DNA of 64,000 nucleotides from Epiperipatus broadwayi (taxonomy: Eukaryota > Animalia > Onychophora), in contig JAQFVV010000001.1 in the NCBI GenBank assembly GCA_028023455.1, positions 4,278,001 through 4,342,000 of the forward strand. The letters are read 5' to 3'. Positions 26,888 through 38,530 of the stretch are shown here, one piece after another (the first letter of the stretch is position 1; each line of letters opens with the position of its first letter). The notes beneath the pieces are model-generated. The model was given only the letters and a program-made list of their open reading frames with translations. It searched no databases and was not told the DNA's origin. The position numbers were made by a program, and so were the translations under genes.

Positions 26888-28379
26888 ATTTAATTAAAAA
26901 AACATTTGAATATAGAGAGGAGCAGTAAACATTAAGGTTCAGTTCATTATAATTTTAAGCATTCATATATAATTATATTATTTCATATGTATACAGTGAA
27001 GCTGCTAAACGCAGTCTTAATATGCATCATTTCAATTATGTGCTATATAAAAATAAAAACACAAAGAAACAAAAAATAGAAACATTAAAATTCTTAAATT
27101 TAATGCATTTTCCAAATTTATATTATTTACAATATGATAGAAGCTATTTTTTCTTCATGGCACAGTCTCACTAAATTCGCTTTCTTAAATATTACAATTT
27201 AGAATTTTATTAATCATATTTTTTCATATTATACTGAAAACACTTGCATTGTTTTTTCAAAAGTTTGTTAGAGTACTGTAATTCATATGAAGCTAGAAGT
27301 ATTATAAAATTTAAGTGAATTTGTGAACTATTTCCTTAAGTGATAAAATGTAAGTTATTAATTTAGTAGTGCCAGAAAAAAAATACTGGTCAAAAGTTTC
27401 TATTAATATTTTTGTATTGCATCAGAAAGCCTAAAACTTATTCAAGGAGTTTAGCTGGAACCCTGAAATAAATGACTGCAGGTAGGCATGACTGTATAGA
27501 TACTGAAATTGATACAAATTTAAAAACAAAACATCTGGAAGGACAATTACCTAATAACAAAGCAACTACTATGTCAAGTGTTTAATTGCAACGAAACTGA
27601 TACTCCATGTCTATTTTTTTTAAAAATAAAGATGCAAAAACATAACTTTTTATTATTATTATCATTAATTTTTTTTAAAGTTATTATCAATGTAAATGTA
27701 CTTTCTCAATTTATTATTAATAATTACATTACTATATTTTTTAAATCTTTATTTATACTATAATGTTAATTTATATATATATACTATGCATACCAAAGTA
27801 GCTTGTGTTCTATATATATATGTGTGTGTGTATACTTTGATAGTGCTGTATACTTATTTATATAGTATCCGCTACATTTGATAATGTATCTTGACTGAAG
27901 TCTTATTTAGAAATGTTACCTATAAAGTAATAGTAGGTAGAACACAATAAACTAGAATGATTTAGACTTTTTATTTCATAAATCATATATTTTTTTGTAT
28001 TCTTTCATTTTGATTCAAGTTCTTTTTCTAATACTAATTATGATTTCAAACCACACCTAAACAATCCTACTATTTCAATAGTATTGTACTTCTAGACTTA
28101 AAAAATAAACATATAATAAAATAGATTAAAATTGGTAAGTTTTTTTTTTAATAAAAAGATTTGATAACTTTCAGAAATCTTTTTTACATAACTTAATCAA
28201 TTTTTAAGGCACTTTACTGTTGTGATTTTAATCTTCATTATTTTATGTAGATATTAAATCAGCATACATTACTTGGCCTTTGTTCGGATAGTACAAAGTG
28301 ATTGCATGCCATCTAGTGTTCACTTATTACCAGTCCATATAAATTATTAAAAAATATCAATCTAAACCATTGAATACAC

Positions 28380-28620
28380 TTCGTTTAGACAAAAAAACTA
28401 CTACAAAGGAACATGGATGCATTCACACTCAAATTAATGGCATTAAATAGATTACATTACAATTAGTAGTCAGAATAAAAGAATTCATATTACTTTAGTA
28501 CTTGCAAGTGCAGATTATCGGGAAGATCATAGATTAATATACTCCAAGACTGAAACAATATAGTTGCATTAAAAAATAGATATTTCAATTGTATTCACAC
28601 ACAAAAGAATTATAACTTCT
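28380..28620 (+). mobile_element. Possible pogo/Tigger DDE transposase relic
   Basis: ISSQNKRIHITLVLASADYRED resembles the T.G.EK.R.TV.L...ADG.K motif; stops are present. Confidence 0.3.
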
Positions 28621-29189
28621 AAATTGCTCAGAATTTTTAAAGATGAAGTGGTTATGCAATTAAATCTATGAAGAAGGTAAATTTTTCAGAATATGATGAA
28701 ACTATTATTGATATTTTTAAAAAAATAAGTGAAGAAATAGAAAAAAATATTGGCAAAGTTATATAACAAATATCCAAATGATAAAAATGTACTAAAATGA
28801 TTGGAAAAATATAATAGTAATAAAAAATAGATATAATGATATTCATTCTTTAGAAACATCCACTATATATATTAAATTTCATCAGTTATTAAACATTAAA
28901 ATTGTTAATTTGTACCTTCAGGCTGTCATATTACTAAGGCATGGAATACTTTTTAAAAAATGTCTTTTAATTACAAGTAAATCTGTTATTGAGTTCATTA
29001 AGAAGAAGAATAACTGGGTTTTTTTTTTTTTTGACATCGATCTTATTAGTGATTTGATTAGAAGAAAACAAAGCATTTTCTGTTTGGTAGAAATATAAAT
29101 TGAATTGGCAGAAAGGTTAAAAATCATTGGTAAATTGAAACTACAAAGACAATGTACACATTTACTGATTATAATCATTCTCCATATTT

Positions 29190-30900
29190 TTTGTTGCACT
29201 GAAAGCAATATATGGACCTAAAATGGTATCTCATTCCTATTAAGTCCACTCTATTACATGATAACAATGATATTTTGCACTGGTGGAAGAATTATTTTGA
29301 TTATCTTTTGAATAATGATTCAAGAATTGAGATGGAAAGTTTTAATGATATATTCATTTTATCTGCTCATTTAGATAAAGATTTCCAGCTTAATGAAATC
29401 TAAACAGCCCCATAATCTTAAAAATAGAAAGGGTACAGTTCCTGATAAATTGAAAATTTAAAATATGGTGGTGTTATATTAGCTTCAAAAATATTGGATT
29501 TTTTTAAGGAATATCTGGACCTGATCTTAAGGATATTTTTATTGTTCTAATTTTTAAAATGTAGTCAAGATTGTAGTATTATTGTGGAATATCATTATTA
29601 TCCATTACAACAAAGATACTTAAGGATTGATTTTTTTTTAATAGATTGTTTCCAATCATATAAATGGTTATTAGAGGTTCAGTATGGTTTTAGAGAGTCA
29701 AGAGGAACTATAAACATGGTTTCTGTTGCCAGGCAAATGTAAGAAAAGCACCAGGTTTGATTTGGTTAAGATTTCAGTTAATAAGACAGATTTATAGCAT
29801 TGTTTGAAATTAATTAATTGTCCACCATAATTCATTCATATTATACACAGCTTCTACATAATGAAATGATAGAAAATGTTATTAATGTAGATGGAAAATC
29901 TGAGTCAGTTGAAATGAAAATTGATGTTAAATGAGGTGTATTCTTGGCCCAACATTGTTTTTAATTTTTATGACAATTGTCTTTGAAATTTTTTATAGAT
30001 AGCTTAATGAAAGAGGGATCAAGATGCAATATAGGTTTAATAGTGTAATTTGAAATTGATTGAAGACGAAAGCAAGAACTTCTTGAATTCTAGATTTACA
30101 GTATGCTGATAATTGTGCTACTTTTTCCATGTCAAAAGATGTTTTACAGAATATACTTAATGTTTGGAATGCAACATTTGAAGATTTTGCTTCAATAATT
30201 AATGTAATGGAAGAACAGTCTTCAGCAACTTTTACTTTGGTTGGTTATTAACTTGAGAATATAAACCAATTTAAATACCATAATATTTTTATAATTAGAA
30301 AAATGGACTTAGATATCTAGATACAACACAGACTCCCATGTGCTGCTATTGCTTTTAACGAGTTAAAAGATAAGATTTCATGTAGGGAAACAACTACTGC
30401 TCTAAATTAGCTGTGTATAGAGTTATTTTACCTAATTTATTGTATGAAAGTGAGATTGGTCACCTATCGACATAATATAAAGATATTAAAAAAGTTTTAT
30501 TTAAGGATGTTCTGTAAAATTTTAAAAAATGCAATGGTAAATCATAAAAGTACTTGCTAGATATACTATAGAATCCACTAGTATAAAATTACACCTTCAT
30601 TGGATTAAATATATAAAGTTAATGAACAATGATGTTAGACTTCCTAAAAAAGATGGGGAACTGGGACATGATTTTTGTGAAATAAGTAAATCCCATCCAT
30701 TGTTTTAATTAAGAAGATATGGCAGACAGCAGAATATATTGGAAAGCTACCATTAGACTTTGTGATGAATTTCAGAAAAAGTTTCCTGCTGAAGAAATTA
30801 AAACAGAGTATCGCAAAATATCAAATAAAAAAAATTGATCAGCATGTTTTCTATGTGAATATATTTATGGTTCATATATTGGTTTGTATAGTCAGTTTTT
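29190..30900 (+). mobile_element. Decayed RTE/BovB-like LINE (family A), RT to 3' end
   Basis: SQDCS...GISLLSITTKIL, YGFRESRGTINMVSVARQM, LDLQYADNCA (30102-30113) and terminal SYIGLYS. Confidence 0.9.
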
Positions 30901-32670
30901 CCCCCCATGGATTTGGAAGGTTCATAATTATTTATAAGTTATTGCTATACACATGTATGTTTTCCAAACAAAATAATATATATATATATATTTAATTATT
31001 TAGAGTAAGGATCTCACAACATAGTGATTACCACATAAAAACTATACTATACCCACAACCTAAGATTTAAATCTAGTTAGTACTTCAGACAAGATTTCTA
31101 AACAAGTTTAGGATTTTTTTAGGTAGCTGAAACATAGCCTATCTGTATAGATATTCAGTTATTAGTCACTAAATAAATATTTTAGTTTTGTTAATTAGAG
31201 AATAAAATAAGAATAGAAAATGTAAACCCTCATCAATCAGTAATTTATTAATATGGTGAATATTATCTTATACATAATGATGTTTATTTGATTGCTAGAA
31301 ATTTTTCCTTTTTTTTTTCATATTCAGCATGATTTTAATTATGAAATAATCAATTGATTACAAACCTACTTTCCTTTTTTGATTTTCATTCACATCTTGA
31401 AATTGATTTGTTCAATCTATTTATGTTATTAATTTCATTATTTTGTCTGTGCATAAACTTTAAAGAGTATTTTTTAAAAACCATTCCTAACTTTTCAAAT
31501 ATTAATGAATATGTTTATTGTCATATTGTTGTTTGAGGAATCTGTACCATTCATATATATATATTGATTATTACTTTAATGATATAAATTATATTCATTA
31601 CATGTGTCATTATAATTGCTGCATATGTAAAAGTATTGTTTTGGGTTGTTTTTTTAACATTAGAAAGGTATAATTAGAAAACATTCCAAGCTAAAAATTA
31701 TCACTGTTTAATTTGTATTTGATCTTCATTTTAATTTTGCCCAAATATGATTGGGCTGCTATATTTTCTTTCACTATCATTTAAAGTTATAGAACTTTGA
31801 TATTATTAGCATGATTTTTTTTTTTTTTTTACATTTAATTAGAATGTTTTTATTTAGTAATAAAATTTTTTATGAAAGTTTAATATTTAATTATAGTATT
31901 GGACAATCAGAATATGTTGTAAATCGATGATGTTTACACAAACACAAGTTAATATATAATATTGAATTTCAAAAATCTTACACTTTTCACTTTTCATATT
32001 GCACACATTAATATATAAACATAGAAAGGATTGGGGATTATTTTGAAAATCAATAAGTCTTATTGCATGAGGCTAATTAAATATTGCATGTGTAAGCAGT
32101 GAAAGTGAATGTTGGAAAAATATGTGTCTACTTCCAAATGAAGAAGGAATATTGAATTTGCATATTTAGTATTAATCCAAGAATTGGTAAATTCTTTGAT
32201 TGATAAATAATGGCTTATACAAGAATGAAACTTGATAGTAACTTTTTTCTATTTTTATTTGAGTGTTTGTTTATCTTCTGTTTAATATAAATTTAATCGA
32301 ACCTTATACACAATAAAATTGTTTATGATTTAGTGTAGTGGTTAAGTGGTTTATTCAAAAACTAAAGTTTCAGAATTATTTCTCAGCTGATTAAAGGAAA
32401 TAAATAAATAAAATTTTTCAATTGAATGGAATTTTTATATCCAACCCGTCTTTTGGATGCTTAAATATTGTTTTCCTGTGTAAATATTCATATGATTATT
32501 TATTTAAACTAATTACTAAAGAAGTTCTTTTTAGTTCTCTAATATTAAAAAAAAAAAAGACAAGTTTGTGAATAGTAGAAATTCACGTAAATAAAATTAG
32601 AGATATAGAGTAGAATTTAAGCTTAAGTTTTATATTGTTATGTTTCAAAAGCAACAAGCCTGAGAGGTAT

Positions 32671-32915
32671 AAATTTACAAGTACCAAATTGAAACAATGT
32701 TGATTGATGAACAACAATTCTTGTGAGGAGGCACAATGACTACATTTTGTCTACCTGCCCATCCAGGCCACGGAGAATACAATTCAATACATTTTAAATT
32801 TACAAGTATAAAATTGAACCAATGTTGATTGATTTATAACGATTTTTGTAAGTCGAATGCCAGTGACGACATTTTGTCTGCCTGCCCTTCTAGACCATAG
32901 ATCTTACAATTCAAT
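32671..32915. repeat. Diverged tandem duplication, 125-bp period
   Basis: aaatttacaagta..aaattgaa.caatgttgattgat...acattttgtct.cctgccc...acaattcaata begins at both 32671 and 32796. Confidence 0.9.
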
Positions 32916-33251
32916 AAAGTTTTATATTGTTATTATCAACATTTTATTGGATTGATGAAAAGGAACTATAGTTAAGATTTAAATAGTTGTGAATATTTTT
33001 TTTTCTTTCCAAAAGCAAAAAAAAAAAACAGTTGATGGCATATTGAGCAAATAAGGATATTGGTATTTAAAAGACGACTATATAAATATAATGAAATTGT
33101 AAACATATAATGTCTGTTATAAATATTTTTATAGACTTTGTAATAAGGCATTTATAATCCATATGAAACAGTTTGCTTTGTAACGTAATGCAGTTATATA
33201 TATATAAAACCGAAAAGTATGTTTATTCCTTACAAAACAATAATAGCAATA

Positions 33252-33353
33252 GTCAAGCATTGGTGGTCGAGAGGTCAGCGACGGCTGCTTCACAAGCAAT
33301 TGTCCCGGGTTAGGGTTCGCTTCTCGGCTGATGCTATGACACATGAGGAAAAA
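33252..33353 (+). mobile_element. Short tRNA-derived SINE with A-tail and 18-bp TSD
   Basis: tRNA-like body GCATTGGTGGTCGAGAGG...GGGTTCGCTTCTCGGCTGATGC (33257-33334). TSD AAAACAATAATAGCAATA at 33234-33251 and 33354-33371. Confidence 0.85.
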
Positions 33354-33985
33354 AAAACAATAATAGCAATATGAAGAATTTGATCATTTAGTTTATTTGT
33401 TTTTACCCCCACTTTTTACTTTTAGATGTTACTCAGTTTTGTAAAAAAAAAATAATAATAATTATGAAAAACGATTCAATTTTCTTAAAAATATTGAAAC
33501 ATTTTATTAAAGCATATTTACATTATGTATTACGAGCACTAATATGTTTTCCTAGCCCACCAAACAATTTTAATTCCTGTCATGTCATCCTGACCTAATT
33601 TCTGAAATTGGTTGTAACTCCATGGTAACTGAGAGTTGAAAGTTGATAAATGCCTGGAAAGTATCACTTGCAAAGTTGAAAACTTTCTGTAATCCCAACT
33701 ACTCGAATAGCGGAGCAATCATATGTGCTTGCATTTATATTTTTAAATAATTTGGAACTTTATTTCTCTTTATTCAGGTGTTCATCATCTGTTTAGTGCA
33801 ATCTTAAATTTCATTAGAATCTGCTATAAACTTTAACTACAAATTTAAACCAATCACTTAAGAGCTTGCTTTTGTTTTTGTATTTAATTTCAAGAAATAG
33901 TAGATCAAGAAACGATAATTAAAGTTATAATTATTATTTGTTTAATTCCTTTTTGTACTTTATAAGTCCCCTTCTCCCGTTCTAG

Positions 33986-34040
33986 GTTAAATGTATTTAA
34001 ACATTTGCAAAATAATATTTCTGTGATGCCTGGCTCCAAG
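33986..34040 (+). CDS. Candidate internal exon (LNVFKHLQNNISVMPGSK), product unknown
   Basis: Acceptor ccccttctcccgttctag, one open frame of 55 nt and donor aag|gtaatt. No homology recognised. Confidence 0.3.
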
Positions 34041-34536
34041 GTAATTATTCTTTATTTTCACACATGGAGAAGCTTTTTTTTTAAAAAAAAAAAACTTGTA
34101 TTTGACCAGTTTTAATTTTTCTAATTCATTATGCTCGTACATGTATATATTTATATTGTACTAATAATATATGCATTTACAATTATAGATTTATCTGCAT
34201 GTGTCTATATTTAAAAAATTTAAAATAATGATTGTTTAATTTATTGATAAGTAGGAAATTCTGCGTATTCATTAAAATCAAAATATTTACTTTAATTCTG
34301 ATTAAAATCTTGAATATATTTATGAATAACCTTTATATTTTCAAACAAATAAAATCTTTTTTTTTATTTCATAATAATAATGCTCATAATAATTTTGAAA
34401 CTTGTAGGTTAATATGTCCTTGATAAATATTCACTTATTTTTTATGTCCTATTTTTAAACTCGAAAGCAATTCTGTTAAAACATACTGAACTGTTACGTG
34501 AAATGATTTAACTGCTAAAGGTTAAATAGAGTTTAT

Positions 34537-34554
34537 TCTCTCTCTCTCTCTCTC
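34537..34554. repeat. (CT)n microsatellite
   Basis: Run of tctctctctctctctctc. Confidence 0.95.
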
Positions 34555-35016
34555 TTATGCGTATTACTTTATCCATATGAAGTCTGTATTTGCATAACTA
34601 AACAAACTTCAAAAATAAATAAAAATTATCATTGTTAAAAAATGTTTATTTTTATAAATTTATTTTATATAGTACTGTATACTCTTTATTTACAATATGC
34701 ATAGAAAGTAAATATGGATAAAAGATGTAGAAACAGAATATTGTAGTGTATTTAAAATATATATGTTGTATATTAAATTAATTACAGAGAATAATATAAA
34801 TCTTGAAACTTTATTGATAAAAGTGAAATGGTTCAAGAAATTTGAAAGTTACCCAGGAAGAAGGTAAAGTTTATAAATTAAAAAATGCAATAACAAAATG
34901 GACACAGGTCACCTTAATGATGAAAATGACTCTGCAAAGTTTATAATATAATTCTACAATTGAGATACATGAATAAATTGTGCAAATTTAATAGAAGGGC
35001 AAAATGTTTCAACTAC

Positions 35017-35127
35017 CTTTTTTTTTTTAAATGTCATAGCATCGGCCGGGACGTGAACCCGCAACCCGGGCAACTGCCTGCAAGTGCAAGGCAGTCGCGC
35101 TGACCTCTCGACCACCAATGCAAGACG
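35017..35127 (-). mobile_element. Short tRNA-derived SINE, younger copy, with poly(A) tail and 12-bp TSD
   Basis: Minus strand GCATTGGTGGTCGAGAGGTCAGCG...GCGGGTTCACGTCCCGGCCGATGC TATGACATTT A11. TSD TGTTTCAACTAC at 35005-35016 and 35128-35139. CpGs are retained. Confidence 0.9.
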
Positions 35128-36399
35128 TGTTTCAACTACTTCTGAATGATGATAAAGTGATATTGCTTGTTCTAGTGTTCTACTGTCTAGTAATTTGTTA
35201 AACTATTTTTAGATAACAAACTTAACATACTTCTTGTCTTTTTGTAAGATGCATAAGATAAAAGTTTAGATTCTTTTGTTTAGAGTAGAAATACTAGTTA
35301 TAATTATTTGAGTGTATATATAATTTATTAAGCAGAAACATTGGTGATAAAAATTATTTTTATAACAGAATGAAAGAATTGATATAAAAGAACCAATTGA
35401 AGTTTCTATAAACATATTAGAAAATTGAAGTGTTATAATTGAAAAACCTGAACTGTTATAATACCTATTGCCTAATATCTTAGCTATCTTGCTAATCAGA
35501 GAATATTGACATAAAATGAATTGATCAATAATGAATCTTTTAACAAAAGTAAAGTAAGAGGAAAAATATAGGAAGTTTTGTCTAAACAAGTATTATTTAA
35601 AACTGAAATTATTTTAGAATCTACATTTACTACAAATGCTATTTGAACAAAAATTGGGCTATCATGAAAGAAATATTTTAAATATCAGCTAGAAGATAGT
35701 CTTAATTTGAAAAAGGTTATTATGTAGAAATACTATATGCAAGCATAGGAATAATATTATTTCTAAAGAATTTAGCTATATGTAAAGATATCTTTTTTTT
35801 ATTATAATTATAAAAAGAACAGCATATACAACCATTTGAAGAAAATGTTAGTTCTGCAATTTGGATAAATGAAAGGATTAAATTTTTAGGAAATGATCAA
35901 GGCATTTTATGCAATATCAACTTACATTTAAATTGTAGTATAATTGCAGAATTGTATCTGCGTGCATGCATTTATATCTTTCTGTTATATAGTTAACTGT
36001 CGTAACATTTAATGTTATATTAGACGCTAATGTATTAAAGATTATGTGAAAAAGTACTGACATTCTAAAATATTAGACAATTAAAAAAAAAAATATTGCA
36101 TTAGAAATTTTCTATTTAATCTTTAGTGCCCCTTATGTAGACTTAATGAAATATTTGATTATTTATTTTAACAATCTTGTCATGAAGTGAACTGTGATTG
36201 GGATTTATATTATTTGGGGATATGGGGTAGTGTTCAATATTTGAGGGATATTATGTAATCAGAAACTTCCACCACTCGCAAACTCCAAAAGAAAGAGGCA
36301 AAACAAAACAATAATATTATAATAGTTTTATGATGACTATTCAAACCCATCTATGAACCAGAAATATATCACATATAGAACATACTGGTCTATTCTAAT

Positions 36400-37700
36400 T
36401 AGATATTTTGTGATACTATCTAGACATGGTTTTTCTTTTTTTTTAAAAGTTTTAAAATGTCTTTGAGATAATCTTTATACCATAAATGGGGTCTACCTTT
36501 CCCATGAAAACCATGTTCAATTTTGCCGTAAAATATCCTTCTATTAAGTCTTCACTATTCCTTTTATTTTTAAAAATAGTAGCAACAGAAGTATCCCTAA
36601 GATGAGATGGCATAACTTCTTAAGACAATATATTTCTAAAAAAAGGTATCATATTAATACCACATTTTCAAACAGGTCTCATCAAGAATTGCAGCTTTTT
36701 CATTTTTAAGATTATAAAGAGTTGTTTTGATTTCACTAAACTGGATATTTTAGTTCAATTATAAATGAATTGATAAAATGGATATAATATTAAAAGTTAC
36801 CATCTCAATTCTTGTATCATTCTTCAGAATATGAACAAAATATTTTTTTTTGCCTATTCAAAATGTTATTGTTATCATATAAGAGAATGCCATTTATGGA
36901 TTTAATATGATTGTGAAACTTTTTTAGATCCATATATTGCGGCATTAAAAAAAAAATCAGTAATTGTTTGTATTTTCTTTTGCAATTTTAATCTACTAAT
37001 CATTTTCAAGACCTCTTGTCAGTCTATGAACTTTTGTCTTTAAATCTCTTTATATATTATGCTCCACATTTAATTTATTATTCTGGCAAGAAAAAATACT
37101 TTGTTTCTTTCTAATCAAGTCAGCTAGTTATAACATTATCCTCAAAAATCAGTTATGAATATTTAAAAAAAATTTTTTTAATGCATCCAATAAAACTTGT
37201 CCTTAAGTGAATTCACTACCTCAATAAAATGATAATTCTGAAAACCTAAATTAACAGTTTTAATGTTTAGTACCTGTTGAAATTTAGCATGAATGGTTGA
37301 TACTTCTAAAGAATGAACATCAATTTACTTGTGAATAATATTTGGATAAAGCATTTTTAAATGCACTTATCATTTTGATCTGGTTTAGTTTAATTTATGA
37401 TTAATTCAATAATATGAGCTTTTAGATGCTTTTGTAATATGAATTTCTCTTGTATTCTTATTTTTCATTATAATACAATCTTTTAAAAACCATTATTTTG
37501 GATGGGAATGTGTCCATGTTCCTTTAAAATGTTTGTGATAGTCACTCCATGTGTTATGCAAATATTCAATAACAACAAAACTATAAGTATTACAATACCA
37601 ATATTGTTATTTTCAACAAGTTTTAGCTTTGGCCAAGTGCACTATTTCTCTCAACACATGCATTAAATTCTCTAAGTAAAAAAAAGCTGTTTTAATGCCA
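36400..37700 (-). mobile_element. Decayed RTE family A LINE, minus strand
   Basis: Minus strand GKIEHGFHGKGRPHLWYKDYLKDIL, homologous to 25600-25700; an upstream GIKQ-like remnant lies near 37690. Confidence 0.6.
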
Positions 37701-38369
37701 CTACTGTGATTATGATATCTAGCAATGAAAAAAAAAAAAATTTCCCTGAATTTCTAAGTCTAATGTTAATCCATATGTATTAATTAAAGATAAGTACAGG
37801 TACCCTGTGCAAGCCAAGTTTCAACACCATTAACCTTTCATTCATATGTTGAGAATTCCTAGAAAATTTACAGCAAATACTGTTTCATCCATTGTTTCAT
37901 TGTTTATCCCAAAAAAACTTATAAGAATTATCTATTAAACTTCCTTCCTCTGGAAGTTAAATTTTTATACAAGCAGTTATATTGATGTTAATTTTGATAG
38001 CTCCTTAATTATCAGAACAGTACTCATTTTAAGTAGTTAAATTTATGTCAAGTAAAGGTTGCACATTAAAAGAAGAAAAAAGGATGTATAATACTTGTCT
38101 GTAATAATTTTTAATATTAATCATTTTCTCCAGCTTTATCACTTTTGTGATAATATCAAATATTTCTATTGTTTTTAATGAATAATCAGCTAGCATGATA
38201 TATTAGCAAGACTATATGAGTCCAGCTATTTTAAAACATGTTTTCTGAATTCCTTTCCATTTACATGATAGGCAGGCAGATTCCTTAATAGGACTGTTAA
38301 ACATATATATTGTAACAGTCATATTTGTACATTCATGCAACAAAATCCAGTTTTGGGAAATTATCCAAG

Positions 38370-38530
38370 GCTGATCTAGATGAGGGGTTGAGACCTCCGA
38401 TTGCACCATAGCTCTTTCACCAATGCTCCAAGATTTACTACCTATGAATGACACATAGTTCACATGCCGGCAGTAGCAAAGGATCGAACATGAGACTCAG
38501 GGAATAAATGACTAAATTACTACATAAATA
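38370..38530 (-). mobile_element. SINE fragment (tRNA-like head plus core), same family as 52380-52670
   Basis: B-box-like GTTCGATCC. Shares TAGG.TAGTAAAT...CATT.GGT.AAAGAG.TATGGT with 52545-52580. Confidence 0.5.

Noticed and set aside
33257-35121. The two tRNA-like sequences considered as functional tRNA genes
   Set aside because: TSDs and A-tails, abnormal anticodon and variable arms, and non-canonical T-loops indicate retroposed SINEs.
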